The notes below the pieces were generated by a model. It searched no databases. It was not told the origin of the DNA and saw nothing but the letters and a program-made list of their open reading frames with translations. A stretch of 55,533 nucleotides of DNA from a virus (Duplodnaviria; Caudoviricetes), in IMG/VR virus record IMGVR_UViG_3300021425_000046, positions 1-55,533 of that record; one strand, given 5' to 3'. The position numbers and the translations under genes are program-made. Positions 39,452 to 48,528 of the stretch are shown here, in pieces; the first letter of the stretch is position 1, and every line of letters starts with the position of its first letter.

Positions 39452-39505
39452 CAGTTATCAAACCGACACATGGGGGTTGACACCCCCCTTTTTTTGTGCC
39501 ATACT
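39452..39505 (+). promoter_or_regulatory. Early promoter: dyad motif, terminator hairpin with -35 in its loop, extended -10
   Basis: CAGTT-N4-AACCGACACA; GGGGG-TTGACA-CCCCC-T7; TG-c-CATACT 17 nt after -35. Confidence 0.75.
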
Positions 39506-39527
39506 AATGGTATCCAAACGCAATCCC

Positions 39528-40754
39528 ATGAAACTTCGCCCCCAGCAAGAGCAATCCCTCGCCGCCATGCAACGCCATCAGTTCGGGCAGATCATCGCTC
39601 CTACTGGTGCTGGCAAGACCTTGATCATGATCTTCGATGCCATGCGTCGTATGCGTGAGGCTACCACACCACAGACCATTGTTGTCTGTGCTCCCCGTAT
39701 CCTTCTGGCAGAACAGCTATCCAGTGAGTTTCTTGAGTTTATTGATGATGCTAACGTTCTTCACGTTCACAGTGGAGAGACGCACCACAAGAGCACAACC
39801 AACCCGCAGGTAATTGCTGCATGGGATGAGGTTGTTGACAACCACAAACTTATCTTCACCACATACAATTCTCTTCGTCGCCTCAACGAATCTGAGATTC
39901 ATATTGATGTCGCTTACTATGATGAAGCACATAATGCAGTTCGCACTGACTTTTTCGATTCTGTGGCATCTTGTAATGCTACTAACTACTATTACTTTAC
40001 TGCTACTCCCAAGCATCGCCGTTCTTCGCTCGGCACTGGCATGAACAACAAGATTGTTTTTGGTCAGATTATTTCTAATATTTCTGCACCAGAACTTGTT
40101 GAGCAAGGTTGCATTCTGCGTCCTACAATCGACATCCATGAAGTTGATTACGAACGTCAGAAGGGTCTCAGTGCTGCTGACAACGACCACAGCACCCTAC
40201 TCGATATGATTGACGGATTGGACTCTAGGAACGCCCAGAAGGTGCTTGTAGCGGCTCCCAGTAGCAAAGTGCTCTGGCAGATGCTTTCTCGTACTACGGT
40301 CCTTGCAGACCTCGCTGAGCGTGGCTACGATGTTCTTCACATCACCAGCAAGTTTGGTGCTTATGTCAACCAAACTAAAGTTGACCGTGAGACATTCTTC
40401 GATACCTTTAACACATGGGGTCAAGATTCTGAGCGTAAGTTCATTATCTTCCACTACAGCATTCTGTCTGAGGGTATCAACGTTCATGGTCTGACTCACA
40501 CTATCTTGCTTCGCAATCTTCCTATCGTTGAGATGGCACAAACCATTGGTCGTGTCATTCGTCTCAACGAAGAGGATTCTAAGGATATTGCTGCTGGCAA
40601 GATTGAAGCTGGTAACTTTGCCATGTATCGTAAGAGCACTGGTTTCGTAACTGTGCCTGTGTTCAAGAACTATGGTAAGAAAACTCAGCGTCGCCTTGAA
40701 GAAGTTGTCGATACTATCTTCGTTAAAGGTCAACCTGCTATCGACGTTCGATAA
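39528..40754 (+). CDS. Superfamily 2 (DEAH) helicase
   Basis: Q-motif LRPQQ, Walker A APTGAGKT, DEAH, TATP, LSEGIN and QTIGRVIR. Confidence 0.92.
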   Translation: MKLRPQQEQSLAAMQRHQFGQIIAPTGAGKTLIMIFDAMRRMREATTPQTIVVCAPRILLAEQLSSEFLEFIDDANVLHVHSGETHHKSTTNPQVIAAWDEVVDNHKLIFTTYNSLRRLNESEIHIDVAYYDEAHNAVRTDFFDSVASCNATNYYYFTATPKHRRSSLGTGMNNKIVFGQIISNISAPELVEQGCILRPTIDIHEVDYERQKGLSAADNDHSTLLDMIDGLDSRNAQKVLVAAPSSKVLWQMLSRTTVLADLAERGYDVLHITSKFGAYVNQTKVDRETFFDTFNTWGQDSERKFIIFHYSILSEGINVHGLTHTILLRNLPIVEMAQTIGRVIRLNEEDSKDIAAGKIEAGNFAMYRKSTGFVTVPVFKNYGKKTQRRLEEVVDTIFVKGQPAIDVR

Positions 40755-40776
40755 ATATTTTAGACGCAAGGTAATT

Positions 40777-41094
40777 ATGCTTTCATCCCAAACTCGTCTT
40801 CGTCTGGAAGACATCGCTGCACGTATTCAAGGTGGACTAAATGTTTCTTTTGAAGAAATGCAATGGGCACAAAAATGGGCAGATCACAATAAAAGTGCAG
40901 AAGCAATTCTAAGGAAGGCGAGGAGAATTGCTATTCAGGGTGAAGCGCCTGAGGGTAGTTTAGACGAACTAATGCAAGCAATGGACATTGGCGATCCCGA
41001 TCCTTCTAATCATTTGATTGGTCCTCAAGATCCTACTACGCTTGCTGAGTGGTTTAAACAGGACAAATCTGATGATTGGAGGCAAAGAGATTGA
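40777..41094 (+). CDS. Hypothetical cyanophage protein
   Basis: ATG 40777 after GATAAATA (40750-40757) late promoter. Confidence 0.75.
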   Translation: MLSSQTRLRLEDIAARIQGGLNVSFEEMQWAQKWADHNKSAEAILRKARRIAIQGEAPEGSLDELMQAMDIGDPDPSNHLIGPQDPTTLAEWFKQDKSDDWRQRD

Positions 41095-41345
41095 TGATTT
41101 ATTACTACACACTATTTACATTTTTTGCGATTGTATGCTACCTTATTATTGTAGATAAAAACGTAGCAGATTACATTGTTCTTCAGTGTATGAACGCTGT
41201 AGTGCAAATCAAACGACTCATTTGGATGATTCGCTTTCATCCAAACAATCCCATCGCCAAATGGATGTGGGAACGTAGAGTACAAAAAATGATCAAAGAA
41301 TTTGAAAAGGAGTATCAGGATGACCCATTACGACAGATTGATTGA
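41094..41345 (+). CDS. Hypothetical membrane protein
   Basis: TGATG coupling; N-terminal hydrophobic segment. Confidence 0.7.
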   Translation: MIYYYTLFTFFAIVCYLIIVDKNVADYIVLQCMNAVVQIKRLIWMIRFHPNNPIAKWMWERRVQKMIKEFEKEYQDDPLRQID

Positions 41346-41496
41346 CACAATTAAGCAAGAGCTATGGGAATTTTATGGTGACGTTGCTGTGTGGGATGAA
41401 AAAAGAGCAGAAGTAGCAGCACGAAACATTCTTGAGCATGTAGAAGAATTTCAATCTATTCGTACTTTAGCAAAACAGTGGAGGGCAAGTGATTAA
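41320..41496 (+). CDS. Hypothetical protein
   Basis: AGGAG RBS; coupled ORF. Confidence 0.65.
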   Translation: MTHYDRLIDTIKQELWEFYGDVAVWDEKRAEVAARNILEHVEEFQSIRTLAKQWRASD

Positions 41497-41708
41497 TGGA
41501 CTTATATGCAGGCTCAATAGTTAGATATATTGGTTGTTCTCAAGAACAAATTAATTGGGGTAATAATGATGATCCAAGAAGTTTCCTAATTATTGGTCAT
41601 CGTTATTATGTTGAACATGTAGAACATCACTCCCAGCATACTAAAATAGAGTTGCGTGGAGTAACTGGTAAATTTAACTCAGTTTGTTTTCAAGTAGTAG
41701 GAAAGTAA
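41496..41708 (+). CDS. Hypothetical protein
   Basis: TAATG coupling; 70 aa. Confidence 0.7.
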   Translation: MDLYAGSIVRYIGCSQEQINWGNNDDPRSFLIIGHRYYVEHVEHHSQHTKIELRGVTGKFNSVCFQVVGK

Positions 41709-41709
41709 A

Positions 41710-42027
41710 ATGCAACTATACTTATTTGTGCAAGAAGGCTGCAGACCATGCATGTATGTTGAAACTCAACTAAAAAAAGCAGAAGGTTGGGAAGAGGTGG
41801 TAGAAATTGTTAACGCTAAGGATGCAAATGGCGAGTGGTGTGATTTAGCAAAAAGATTTTTAGTTGATGTAACACCTACTCTTGTCTTTTTTGATACTAA
41901 CTTGCATGTTGGTTATCATAACCCAGTAATGAATAAATTTACTGAATCAAACAATATGAACTCGGAATTTTGGAAAGGTTTAGTTTCTTATGAACGGGAG
42001 TGGAGGAAAAAGCATGGGAATGTTTGA
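41710..42027 (+). CDS. Thioredoxin/glutaredoxin-like protein
   Basis: N-terminal CRPC (CxxC) and cis-Pro motif VTPTLVF. Confidence 0.8.
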   Translation: MQLYLFVQEGCRPCMYVETQLKKAEGWEEVVEIVNAKDANGEWCDLAKRFLVDVTPTLVFFDTNLHVGYHNPVMNKFTESNNMNSEFWKGLVSYEREWRKKHGNV

Positions 42028-42409
42028 TTATTTCAGATCTTCATATGATCTGGGAGAACAGTTTACTGATGTAGTGTGTCAAACCAAAGACATCGAAGAT
42101 GGTATTGGTGGCACTATGACTGATTACTGGTTAGATCCTGCTGGTCAGTTGTGGTATCCAGATTATCGTCACACACATACACTCGAAATCTATGAAGAGG
42201 GTCATCCAAAATATGATCCGAAAAAAAGTTTTTTTAATCATGAGTGGATTCCAACTGGACAACATGGTAGATATCAACCTCACCACATTACTAAGTATGT
42301 TGAGGTGTATCCTGCCAATTGGAAAGGAGCGTGGGAAGATTGGCCACGCTTGAAAATTCACTTTAAACGTGGTATACTACAAGATTATGAGGACATTACA
42401 GGACGATGA
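42014..42409 (+). CDS. Hypothetical phage protein (MGMFDY... family)
   Basis: GGAGG RBS; MGMFDY...CQTKD motif. Confidence 0.75.
   Translation: MGMFDYFRSSYDLGEQFTDVVCQTKDIEDGIGGTMTDYWLDPAGQLWYPDYRHTHTLEIYEEGHPKYDPKKSFFNHEWIPTGQHGRYQPHHITKYVEVYPANWKGAWEDWPRLKIHFKRGILQDYEDITGR
42350..42378 (+). promoter_or_regulatory. Internal sigma70-type promoter
   Basis: TTGAAA-N17-TATACT with extended TG. Confidence 0.5.
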
Positions 42410-42687
42410 AACTGATTACACTCAAGCATCGTTATGATTATGGTCATGACTGGTATGTTCAAATCCTACACACAAAGCGTTTTGCATTTCTTCAAGCATC
42501 TGTTAGTTGGAATGATTATGCCAGTTGGCCATATCTCCAGATAAAATCTGGTAGTGGTAGTGTATTCAATTTGATATTCTGGGTCTATAGATTCGGAATT
42601 GATTTTGGTTTCCTTGAGCATACATGGAACTGGGATTACATGGAATTCGTTGATTTGGAGGAAGAAGATGTACAGCACACCAGTTAG
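42406..42687 (+). CDS. Hypothetical protein
   Basis: ATGA overlap; 93 aa. Confidence 0.7.
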   Translation: MKLITLKHRYDYGHDWYVQILHTKRFAFLQASVSWNDYASWPYLQIKSGSGSVFNLIFWVYRFGIDFGFLEHTWNWDYMEFVDLEEEDVQHTS

Positions 42688-43048
42688 ATCAACAGCACCA
42701 AAAAAGAACAATAGAACCACCTTGAACTGGTGGGAATATTGGATTGGACACTGCTGGATGACTGGATGGCAAACCATTCGCATCAACTTTAGAGTATGGG
42801 CAGATCTTATGGGTTCAACCTATGAGAATTATGCTCTGCTCAAAGATGATGATCCAGAACAAGAATGTATTGAATGGTTCTGGGTTGGTCTGAATGATGA
42901 TGATGTTTATCCCAAAGAGTTTCTTGAAGGACTCATGGAAATGATGGATCGTATTGATCGTGGCGAAGAAAAACTCATTCCAATTGACGAGGTTTTCTTT
43001 GAACGAATGAAAAAACTTACTGATGGAGTTGAACTCGATGACTTATGA
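42668..43048 (+). CDS. Hypothetical protein
   Basis: GGAGG RBS before ATG 42668. Confidence 0.7.
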   Translation: MYSTPVRSTAPKKNNRTTLNWWEYWIGHCWMTGWQTIRINFRVWADLMGSTYENYALLKDDDPEQECIEWFWVGLNDDDVYPKEFLEGLMEMMDRIDRGEEKLIPIDEVFFERMKKLTDGVELDDL

Positions 43049-43226
43049 TGAATTGTATGAGCACATTACCTTTTATGTTGATCAAGAACTTGACACCAAA
43101 CGTAAAGCATGTTTGATTCTTGGTGCTGTCATGGAGTTTCAACTTGATTGCCTCGATGAAGGTGTAGACCCTCGCACTATTGACATGACTGGTTTTGTGA
43201 ATGAAAAACTTGATGAATTAGAATGA
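43038..43226 (+). CDS. Hypothetical protein
   Basis: GGAG RBS; acidic small ORF. Confidence 0.65.
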   Translation: MTYDELYEHITFYVDQELDTKRKACLILGAVMEFQLDCLDEGVDPRTIDMTGFVNEKLDELE

Positions 43227-43257
43227 AACCAACATCTAATCCACAATACTTCTAACG

Positions 43258-43545
43258 ATGACTGAAACCAAAACCTATCCCTACATCAAATACATTCCAC
43301 ATCTGTTTATACTTCGTATAATTGTTCTTGGTCCGTTTGTGGTTACACAAGCAACAGCAGAGTTTATCTCTAACTTCTTAGATAAGTCTGCTCGTAAAAT
43401 TGCTACATTTCTTCCAGAACCTTATATTGAAAAACGAGTAGAATGGGATCAGTTGCCCAAACGAAAACAAAAAGAAATTGAACAACTTGACCAGAAGATG
43501 AACACCATCAAAGAACGAATCCTCATTCAAACGGTGAAATCATGA
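43258..43545 (+). CDS. Hypothetical protein (hydrophobic N-terminal segment)
   Basis: ORF track; ATGA-coupled to the next ORF. Confidence 0.65.
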   Translation: MTETKTYPYIKYIPHLFILRIIVLGPFVVTQATAEFISNFLDKSARKIATFLPEPYIEKRVEWDQLPKRKQKEIEQLDQKMNTIKERILIQTVKS

Positions 43546-43784
43546 CTAAATCATTACCACAAAAAACACACGCAGAGACACTAATCAAAGTCACAGAAGA
43601 ATACACTCTACGACCCAAAACAGGTGATCGTGCTCGTGTATGTATTGCTACTCTTCAGTATCTGCTGGACAACTTTGCTTCTGATCATGAATATTGTGAT
43701 GAGGACGACTGCGGTTATTCTGGAACTTATGTAGATGCTGACGACATCAACGATCTCATTTACCAACTACAAAAACTGAAATGA
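43542..43784 (+). CDS. Hypothetical protein
   Basis: ATGA coupling on both sides. Confidence 0.65.
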   Translation: MTKSLPQKTHAETLIKVTEEYTLRPKTGDRARVCIATLQYLLDNFASDHEYCDEDDCGYSGTYVDADDINDLIYQLQKLK

Positions 43785-43939
43785 ACTACCTCATCACCTA
43801 CTACTACAAAAATGATTTGGAACAACGACATCAAAGACACAAAACGATGGCAGTAGCAATAGCAACTGCTAATCTTCTAATTGCTCATGGACATTATGTG
43901 ATTGATAGTATTACTACTGAATATGGAGTAGAAGAGTGA
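43781..43939 (+). CDS. Hypothetical protein (52 aa, not in ORF track)
   Basis: ATGA/GTGA coupling fills the gap exactly. Confidence 0.55.
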   Translation: MNYLITYYYKNDLEQRHQRHKTMAVAIATANLLIAHGHYVIDSITTEYGVEE

Positions 43940-44205
43940 GGTTCCGTAACATAGAGTTCCGTTGGAGCAAATGCAACAACAAGTATGAACTCGTCAAGTG
44001 GAATACCCCAACAGAAGATAGTTTCTTCAAAGACCCAACATGTTATGTGATTGCCTTCTTTGATAAAGGTTCCGAGGGATATGATATGAGAACCATTGGT
44101 AATCGGTTCTTTGAGGATAAAGATGCTTGGGTCGTAGGTAAGTATGGTTTGGAGTTTCTAAATGAAATCTTTCAGATTGAACAAGATGAAGAGGAATTGA
44201 AATGA
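43936..44205 (+). CDS. Hypothetical protein
   Basis: GTG start with GGAG RBS; coupled. Confidence 0.65.
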   Translation: MRFRNIEFRWSKCNNKYELVKWNTPTEDSFFKDPTCYVIAFFDKGSEGYDMRTIGNRFFEDKDAWVVGKYGLEFLNEIFQIEQDEEELK

Positions 44206-44384
44206 ACTATCTCTGTCTGATTGATGGTGTTGTTGAGTTTGGCAGCACCAGTTTACATGAATTTGCTCGCTACTTTGTGATGTATGATGAAGAAGTCGCA
44301 GAGGCAGAAGAGAGAGGAACATTAGAAATCCTCAATCTAACTGATGAAGAGTATGATGCTATGTTCCCTGTGGAGGCACAATGA
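44202..44384 (+). CDS. Hypothetical protein
   Basis: GAGG RBS; ATGA coupling. Confidence 0.6.
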   Translation: MNYLCLIDGVVEFGSTSLHEFARYFVMYDEEVAEAEERGTLEILNLTDEEYDAMFPVEAQ

Positions 44385-44503
44385 GTGTTTATAAAATCTG
44401 GTATCGTCACATCACAGGATACTGGGAAACTAACTATCCCCACATCCTTGGTTTCAATAGTAAAATGTTCTGGAATGTAATCAACGGAGACTGGCAAAGA
44501 TGA
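44381..44503 (+). CDS. Hypothetical protein (40 aa, not in ORF track)
   Basis: GGAGG RBS; ATGA coupling at both ends. Confidence 0.5.
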   Translation: MSVYKIWYRHITGYWETNYPHILGFNSKMFWNVINGDWQR

Positions 44504-44745
44504 AAAAACTTGAATTTCGTCCAGTCACAATCACTTATGTGAGGACTATGATGCTCACACCAACATCAGAAACATTTGAGGATTGGGATGTAGAGCCAAC
44601 ACAAGAGAGTGTTTATGAGTGGGCAGTGGAAGAGTTTCTCACTACAATAGAAGAAGAAGCAAAAGATGGTGAATGGAGAAACTTTACCATCATTACAGAA
44701 GACCAACCACCAGTAGAAGTTGAATGGGGTGATGAAGACACCTGA
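44500..44745 (+). CDS. Hypothetical acidic protein
   Basis: GGAG RBS; ATGA coupling. Confidence 0.65.
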   Translation: MKKLEFRPVTITYVRTMMLTPTSETFEDWDVEPTQESVYEWAVEEFLTTIEEEAKDGEWRNFTIITEDQPPVEVEWGDEDT

Positions 44746-44792
44746 AGAACTGGCACAGGAGCATCCCACAGGTGCTCCTTTTGGTCTATAAT
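44739..44792 (+). promoter_or_regulatory. Early promoter: dyad motif, hairpin/terminator, -10
   Basis: CACCT-N4-AACTGGCACA; GGAGCATC/GGTGCTCC hairpin plus TTTT; TATAAT. Confidence 0.7.
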
Positions 44793-44820
44793 GACTTCAT
44801 ACACAAAGGAGGAACTCCAA

Positions 44821-45024
44821 ATGGCAATTGACACCAGCACCTGTATCAACATCCTTCCTGATGAGGAATGGTATTACACAGTTGAAGATTCAAATATTGT
44901 CACCAGTGGTGATGGTTGTACTATTTCCTATTGGCAAGATGGAAAACGACATACTCACATTACTATGGAAAAAGAAGAAGCACTCGCAGTAGCAGACGCA
45001 ATCTACAAACTCTTTAAGAACTGA
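44821..45024 (+). CDS. Hypothetical protein
   Basis: AGGAGG RBS before ATG 44821. Confidence 0.7.
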   Translation: MAIDTSTCINILPDEEWYYTVEDSNIVTSGDGCTISYWQDGKRHTHITMEKEEALAVADAIYKLFKN

Positions 45025-45025
45025 A

Positions 45026-45376
45026 ATGACTATCAAACGCATCAAAGTCAAAGAAACCGCAGAGATTGACGCATCTAACTTCACAGGTAAGTTAGAGCAT
45101 CTTATCGCACAACTTCAAGATTGGATGAATGAAGGTGAGTGGGAAGGGATTGAGGAATACTATGATGGTGGTTATGACCTTTCTTCTCCTATCGTAGAGT
45201 ATTATCGTCTTTACAAGTTCCGTGAAGAAACCGACAAAGAGTATGAGAAACGAGTAAAACAACTGGAGAAAGAAAAAGTAGAAAAAGCAAAAGAAAAGGA
45301 ACGAAAACTTCAACAACTCAAGAAAGAACTTGCTAATCTAACTGAAGACGAACTCAAACAACTTGGAGTAAAATGA
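45026..45376 (+). CDS. Hypothetical protein with C-terminal coiled coil
   Basis: REETDKEYEKR followed by a charged helix. Confidence 0.7.
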   Translation: MTIKRIKVKETAEIDASNFTGKLEHLIAQLQDWMNEGEWEGIEEYYDGGYDLSSPIVEYYRLYKFREETDKEYEKRVKQLEKEKVEKAKEKERKLQQLKKELANLTEDELKQLGVK

Positions 45377-45558
45377 CTGAACGAGTAAAATTCACACACA
45401 TCACACGAGTGATTGACCCAAAGAGTGGTATTCATTATCTTGACGGTGTGGATAGTAATGGGTATCATTGGACGGCACAAATGCAAACAGGTGTAGAACG
45501 ATGGATTATCTACAAAGAAGTTTGGAAAAAAGACCCTCAACAACCTTACGACTTATGA
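45373..45558 (+). CDS. Hypothetical protein
   Basis: GGAG RBS; ATGA coupling. Confidence 0.65.
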   Translation: MTERVKFTHITRVIDPKSGIHYLDGVDSNGYHWTAQMQTGVERWIIYKEVWKKDPQQPYDL

Positions 45559-45854
45559 CTGAAACCGACATCTCAAAAGTTCTTATAGAAGGAGAATACG
45601 CAACCATTATGGGTGTGAAGTATAAGAGAGTGGAAGAACCAAAGAAACCAGAAACTCTTTATGATATTATTGTTCGTTGGTGGGGAGATGCCGAAACACA
45701 AGACAAAGACCCTATTATTGCTGACCTTGTAGATGATATTGAGAAGTGGTTGCCGAAAAAACAATCAGCAGCAGGAAGTCAAAATGCTTATGTGGAGTGT
45801 AGTGTAGAAGGTTTTAACGATTGTCTCACCGAAATCAAAGGGAAACTACGATGA
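45555..45854 (+). CDS. Hypothetical protein
   Basis: ATGA coupling; start moved to MTETD. Confidence 0.65.
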   Translation: MTETDISKVLIEGEYATIMGVKYKRVEEPKKPETLYDIIVRWWGDAETQDKDPIIADLVDDIEKWLPKKQSAAGSQNAYVECSVEGFNDCLTEIKGKLR

Positions 45855-46042
45855 CTGAAAAAACAATTCAAATGAACCTCACAGAAGAGCAGTTCAATAT
45901 AATTTGGAATGCTCTGGCGTTGAGTGAGAATGAAATTGTAGATGAGAATGATATTAGGGTTTATGTTGAAACTCTAAATGAAATGGAGGACATTATGGAA
46001 GAACTTGGACTTGAAGTATTTGGAGATGCTGATGATGACTAA
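45851..46042 (+). CDS. Hypothetical protein
   Basis: ATGA coupling. Confidence 0.6.
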   Translation: MTEKTIQMNLTEEQFNIIWNALALSENEIVDENDIRVYVETLNEMEDIMEELGLEVFGDADDD

Positions 46043-46217
46043 ACGAAATCTTACACAAGAACTTCTCTATACCAATTATATTGATATGGAGAATGGAGAC
46101 GATGTAGAAAGTATTGATTATCGTTCTCTTATTCATATTCTTACAGAACTTATGAATAGAATAGAGCAACTGGAAAAGGATAATGAGTTACTGAAATCTT
46201 ATGCTTGGGAACAATGA
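46035..46217 (+). CDS. Hypothetical protein
   Basis: GGAG RBS; coupled. Confidence 0.6.
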   Translation: MTKRNLTQELLYTNYIDMENGDDVESIDYRSLIHILTELMNRIEQLEKDNELLKSYAWEQ

Positions 46218-46453
46218 CTGAAGAAGACAAGTATGCTCTCAAAGAGTTTCTCCGTGGTGCTGGTGTAGTTGTTGGTGTTGTTGGCGTTCTTATTACCATT
46301 CTTATGGTGCTTGCTTACTCTACCACAGGTGGTGAACCGTTGAGTTCATCTTTTGAAGTGGTTGACAAATACAAAGAATGTGATATAGTAAGGTATGCAC
46401 CACATCAAGTTGCAGAGTATAAGTATTTTCTTTATTGTGAGAAGAACAAATGA
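46214..46453 (+). CDS. Hypothetical membrane protein
   Basis: Single hydrophobic helix VVVGVVGVLITILMVLAY. Confidence 0.7.
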   Translation: MTEEDKYALKEFLRGAGVVVGVVGVLITILMVLAYSTTGGEPLSSSFEVVDKYKECDIVRYAPHQVAEYKYFLYCEKNK

Positions 46454-46632
46454 CTGAAGACATCCAAATGCCCAATGGAGACTTTCTAAAGAACTATCCA
46501 GATGTGACTCGTGTTGAAGTAATCAATGGATCTGAAAGAGAACTTGTTCGTTATGAATGCTCTAATGTTCAGGTAAGTCTTCAGGACGACGGACAAACAC
46601 TTAAAGTATTTCTTTTTACGACTTATGAATGA
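46450..46632 (+). CDS. Hypothetical phage protein
   Basis: VTRVEVI...SLQDDGQTLKVF motif; coupled. Confidence 0.7.
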   Translation: MTEDIQMPNGDFLKNYPDVTRVEVINGSERELVRYECSNVQVSLQDDGQTLKVFLFTTYE

Positions 46633-47101
46633 AGATATGCCTTGGGTTAATCTCACCCAAGAAGAAGTAGAAGAACTCCGTAGTAAGAAACATGAACTCA
46701 CCGAATATGGTAAAGACAAAATCCGAGAACTTATGAAAAACCAAGAACCTTATCCTGATGCTATGTTTGAAGAAGCAGAGCGTCGTGAAGCAGAAAATAA
46801 ACGACCATTCTATCGTTTCTTTGCTATTGAATATTTTGCTACTGGAGAGGGTATGTCTTTCTGGTTGAAAGTATGTCGTAACTATCCACCACACGATGAT
46901 AGAGATTACGATTTAGAAAGATTCGCTAAGTTTATTGGTGAAGGAGCAGCGCATTATCTGCATGGTTTGGAAACTCCAACACAAGAAGAATTTTTGGAAA
47001 AGTATGCTAATCTGATTCCACCATACATTGTGAAAATGATTGAGCGCAGAGACCAACCAGGATTTGACTGGGAAACACATTTGTATTTTAATTACTCATG
47101 A
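46625..47101 (+). CDS. Hypothetical protein
   Basis: 158-aa ORF; YFATGEG motif. Confidence 0.7.
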   Translation: MNEDMPWVNLTQEEVEELRSKKHELTEYGKDKIRELMKNQEPYPDAMFEEAERREAENKRPFYRFFAIEYFATGEGMSFWLKVCRNYPPHDDRDYDLERFAKFIGEGAAHYLHGLETPTQEEFLEKYANLIPPYIVKMIERRDQPGFDWETHLYFNYS

Positions 47102-47251
47102 ACCTTACATTTAAGCAACATGTTATTCTGTTATCAGGACTTACATTATTGTATGACAGTGCTGAAAAGGTTAATAACTCCGAAATGCAACATGAAATTC
47201 TAGAACTTTCTGATATTATTACTGAATATGCTGAAAGGAGGCAAAGAGCAG

Positions 47252-47437
47252 ATGAACGACGAAATGCAAAATCCTGACGAAATCGTGCTGAGAGATGTGG
47301 AGATGTTTCACCTTGAAAGTATGAATGAACGCACACTTTGGTGTGGTGTTTATGGTAAGGATGGTAAAATCTATCACTTGAACATTTCTGCCGATGGTGA
47401 TAAACTGAGGTACTATTGGAGTGATGAAACGCCATGA
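47252..47437 (+). CDS. Hypothetical protein
   Basis: GGAGG RBS; NPDEIV...FHLE motif. Confidence 0.65.
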   Translation: MNDEMQNPDEIVLRDVEMFHLESMNERTLWCGVYGKDGKIYHLNISADGDKLRYYWSDETP

Positions 47438-47664
47438 CATGGAAAGAATACTGGCAAATGACCAGATGGGAATGGTTCATCGAAGGTTTTCGTCATATTG
47501 AATATATCATTGATTGTCGTATCACAATGGATCATTTTGGATATGATGACTTTTGGGAAGCATTATCGTGGGGTTGGTGTTGCGAATACATCTATCCTTA
47601 TGATGATCCTTATGACTCTCGTATTTCACCTGAACGCAAGTTAAGGTTAGGGAGGTGGACATAA
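47434..47664 (+). CDS. Hypothetical Trp-rich protein
   Basis: ATGA coupling. Confidence 0.65.
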   Translation: MTWKEYWQMTRWEWFIEGFRHIEYIIDCRITMDHFGYDDFWEALSWGWCCEYIYPYDDPYDSRISPERKLRLGRWT

Positions 47665-48005
47665 TGGACTTTCCAGTGTTCTTAAACAAGTGGATCATCG
47701 GATTTAAACCGATTAAGTATACACCATTCTGGTGGTGGTATAGGTTAATGAGTCATGAAGGATTTCGCTTTGATGATTATGGCATCTGGGGTGAGTTCTG
47801 GCACTCATTAAATAGTGGATGGCAACACATGGAATATGTGTATAACTTTGAAGAGTTCTGGGGAGAAGGTTCTTATCCACCAGAACGTATCACAGTATCT
47901 GAAGAAGATTATGATCATCTGATGGAACGTATTATTGCTCCACCAGATCCAGAAGTACAAGAACAAATTCGTAAACTATTAGAACGTAAAGCACCATGGG
48001 AATGA
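47664..48005 (+). CDS. Hypothetical protein
   Basis: GGAGG RBS; TAATG coupling. Confidence 0.65.
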   Translation: MDFPVFLNKWIIGFKPIKYTPFWWWYRLMSHEGFRFDDYGIWGEFWHSLNSGWQHMEYVYNFEEFWGEGSYPPERITVSEEDYDHLMERIIAPPDPEVQEQIRKLLERKAPWE

Positions 48006-48163
48006 ATTTTACTGACGAACAATACAAACTGATCTACAATGCCGTCAGGCGTTATCAGATTGAAAAAACAATTCTCAATTCAGAAGAATACAATGAATGT
48101 GATGTGATCCTTACAGATCTATTTCCATATGTTTATACACAACAACAGGAGCAACCAACATGA
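48002..48163 (+). CDS. Hypothetical protein (53 aa, not in track)
   Basis: ATGA coupling on both sides. Confidence 0.55.
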   Translation: MNFTDEQYKLIYNAVRRYQIEKTILNSEEYNECDVILTDLFPYVYTQQQEQPT

Positions 48164-48321
48164 TACAATGCTTTGAAGAAGATGATGGATCTCTCACCAT
48201 AACATGGGATGATACTGATCCTGTTGAATCAGTTCTTAACACATGGACTGAGCAGGACTTTATTGATGCTATAATGCAGAAAGCAAACGAGGTATTAAAC
48301 CAAGATGAACAAGTATCTTGA
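48160..48321 (+). CDS. Hypothetical protein (53 aa, not in track)
   Basis: AGGAG RBS; ATGA coupling. Confidence 0.55.
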   Translation: MIQCFEEDDGSLTITWDDTDPVESVLNTWTEQDFIDAIMQKANEVLNQDEQVS

Positions 48322-48466
48322 AGGATTTAAGAAGCGTGCTGGCATATCTTTGCTTGCATGTCAATTGGCGTTGATTATGTATCAATTATGGACTCTTGGC
48401 GAAGCAAAGGTGACAGTTTGCACACCGTCACCATATCAAAACCAAATCATATGTGTAGAACAATGA
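48305..48466 (+). CDS. Small hypothetical membrane protein (53 aa, not in track)
   Basis: GAGG RBS; hydrophobic segment. Confidence 0.5.
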   Translation: MNKYLEGFKKRAGISLLACQLALIMYQLWTLGEAKVTVCTPSPYQNQIICVEQ

Positions 48467-48471
48467 CGTGC

Positions 48472-48500
48472 TTGCCAAACCGAGCAGGGTGTGCTATGAT
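48472..48500 (+). promoter_or_regulatory. sigma70-type promoter
   Basis: TTGCCA-N17-TATGAT with extended TG. Confidence 0.75.
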
Positions 48501-48528
48501 GTCCAAGAATCACACAGGGAGTTAAATT

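Noticed and set aside
48414-48432. Fifth copy of the dyad motif (CAGTTTGCACACCGTCACC)
   Set aside because: It lies within a small ORF and is 62 nt rather than 29 nt from the next -10 box, so it is possibly vestigial and was not counted.
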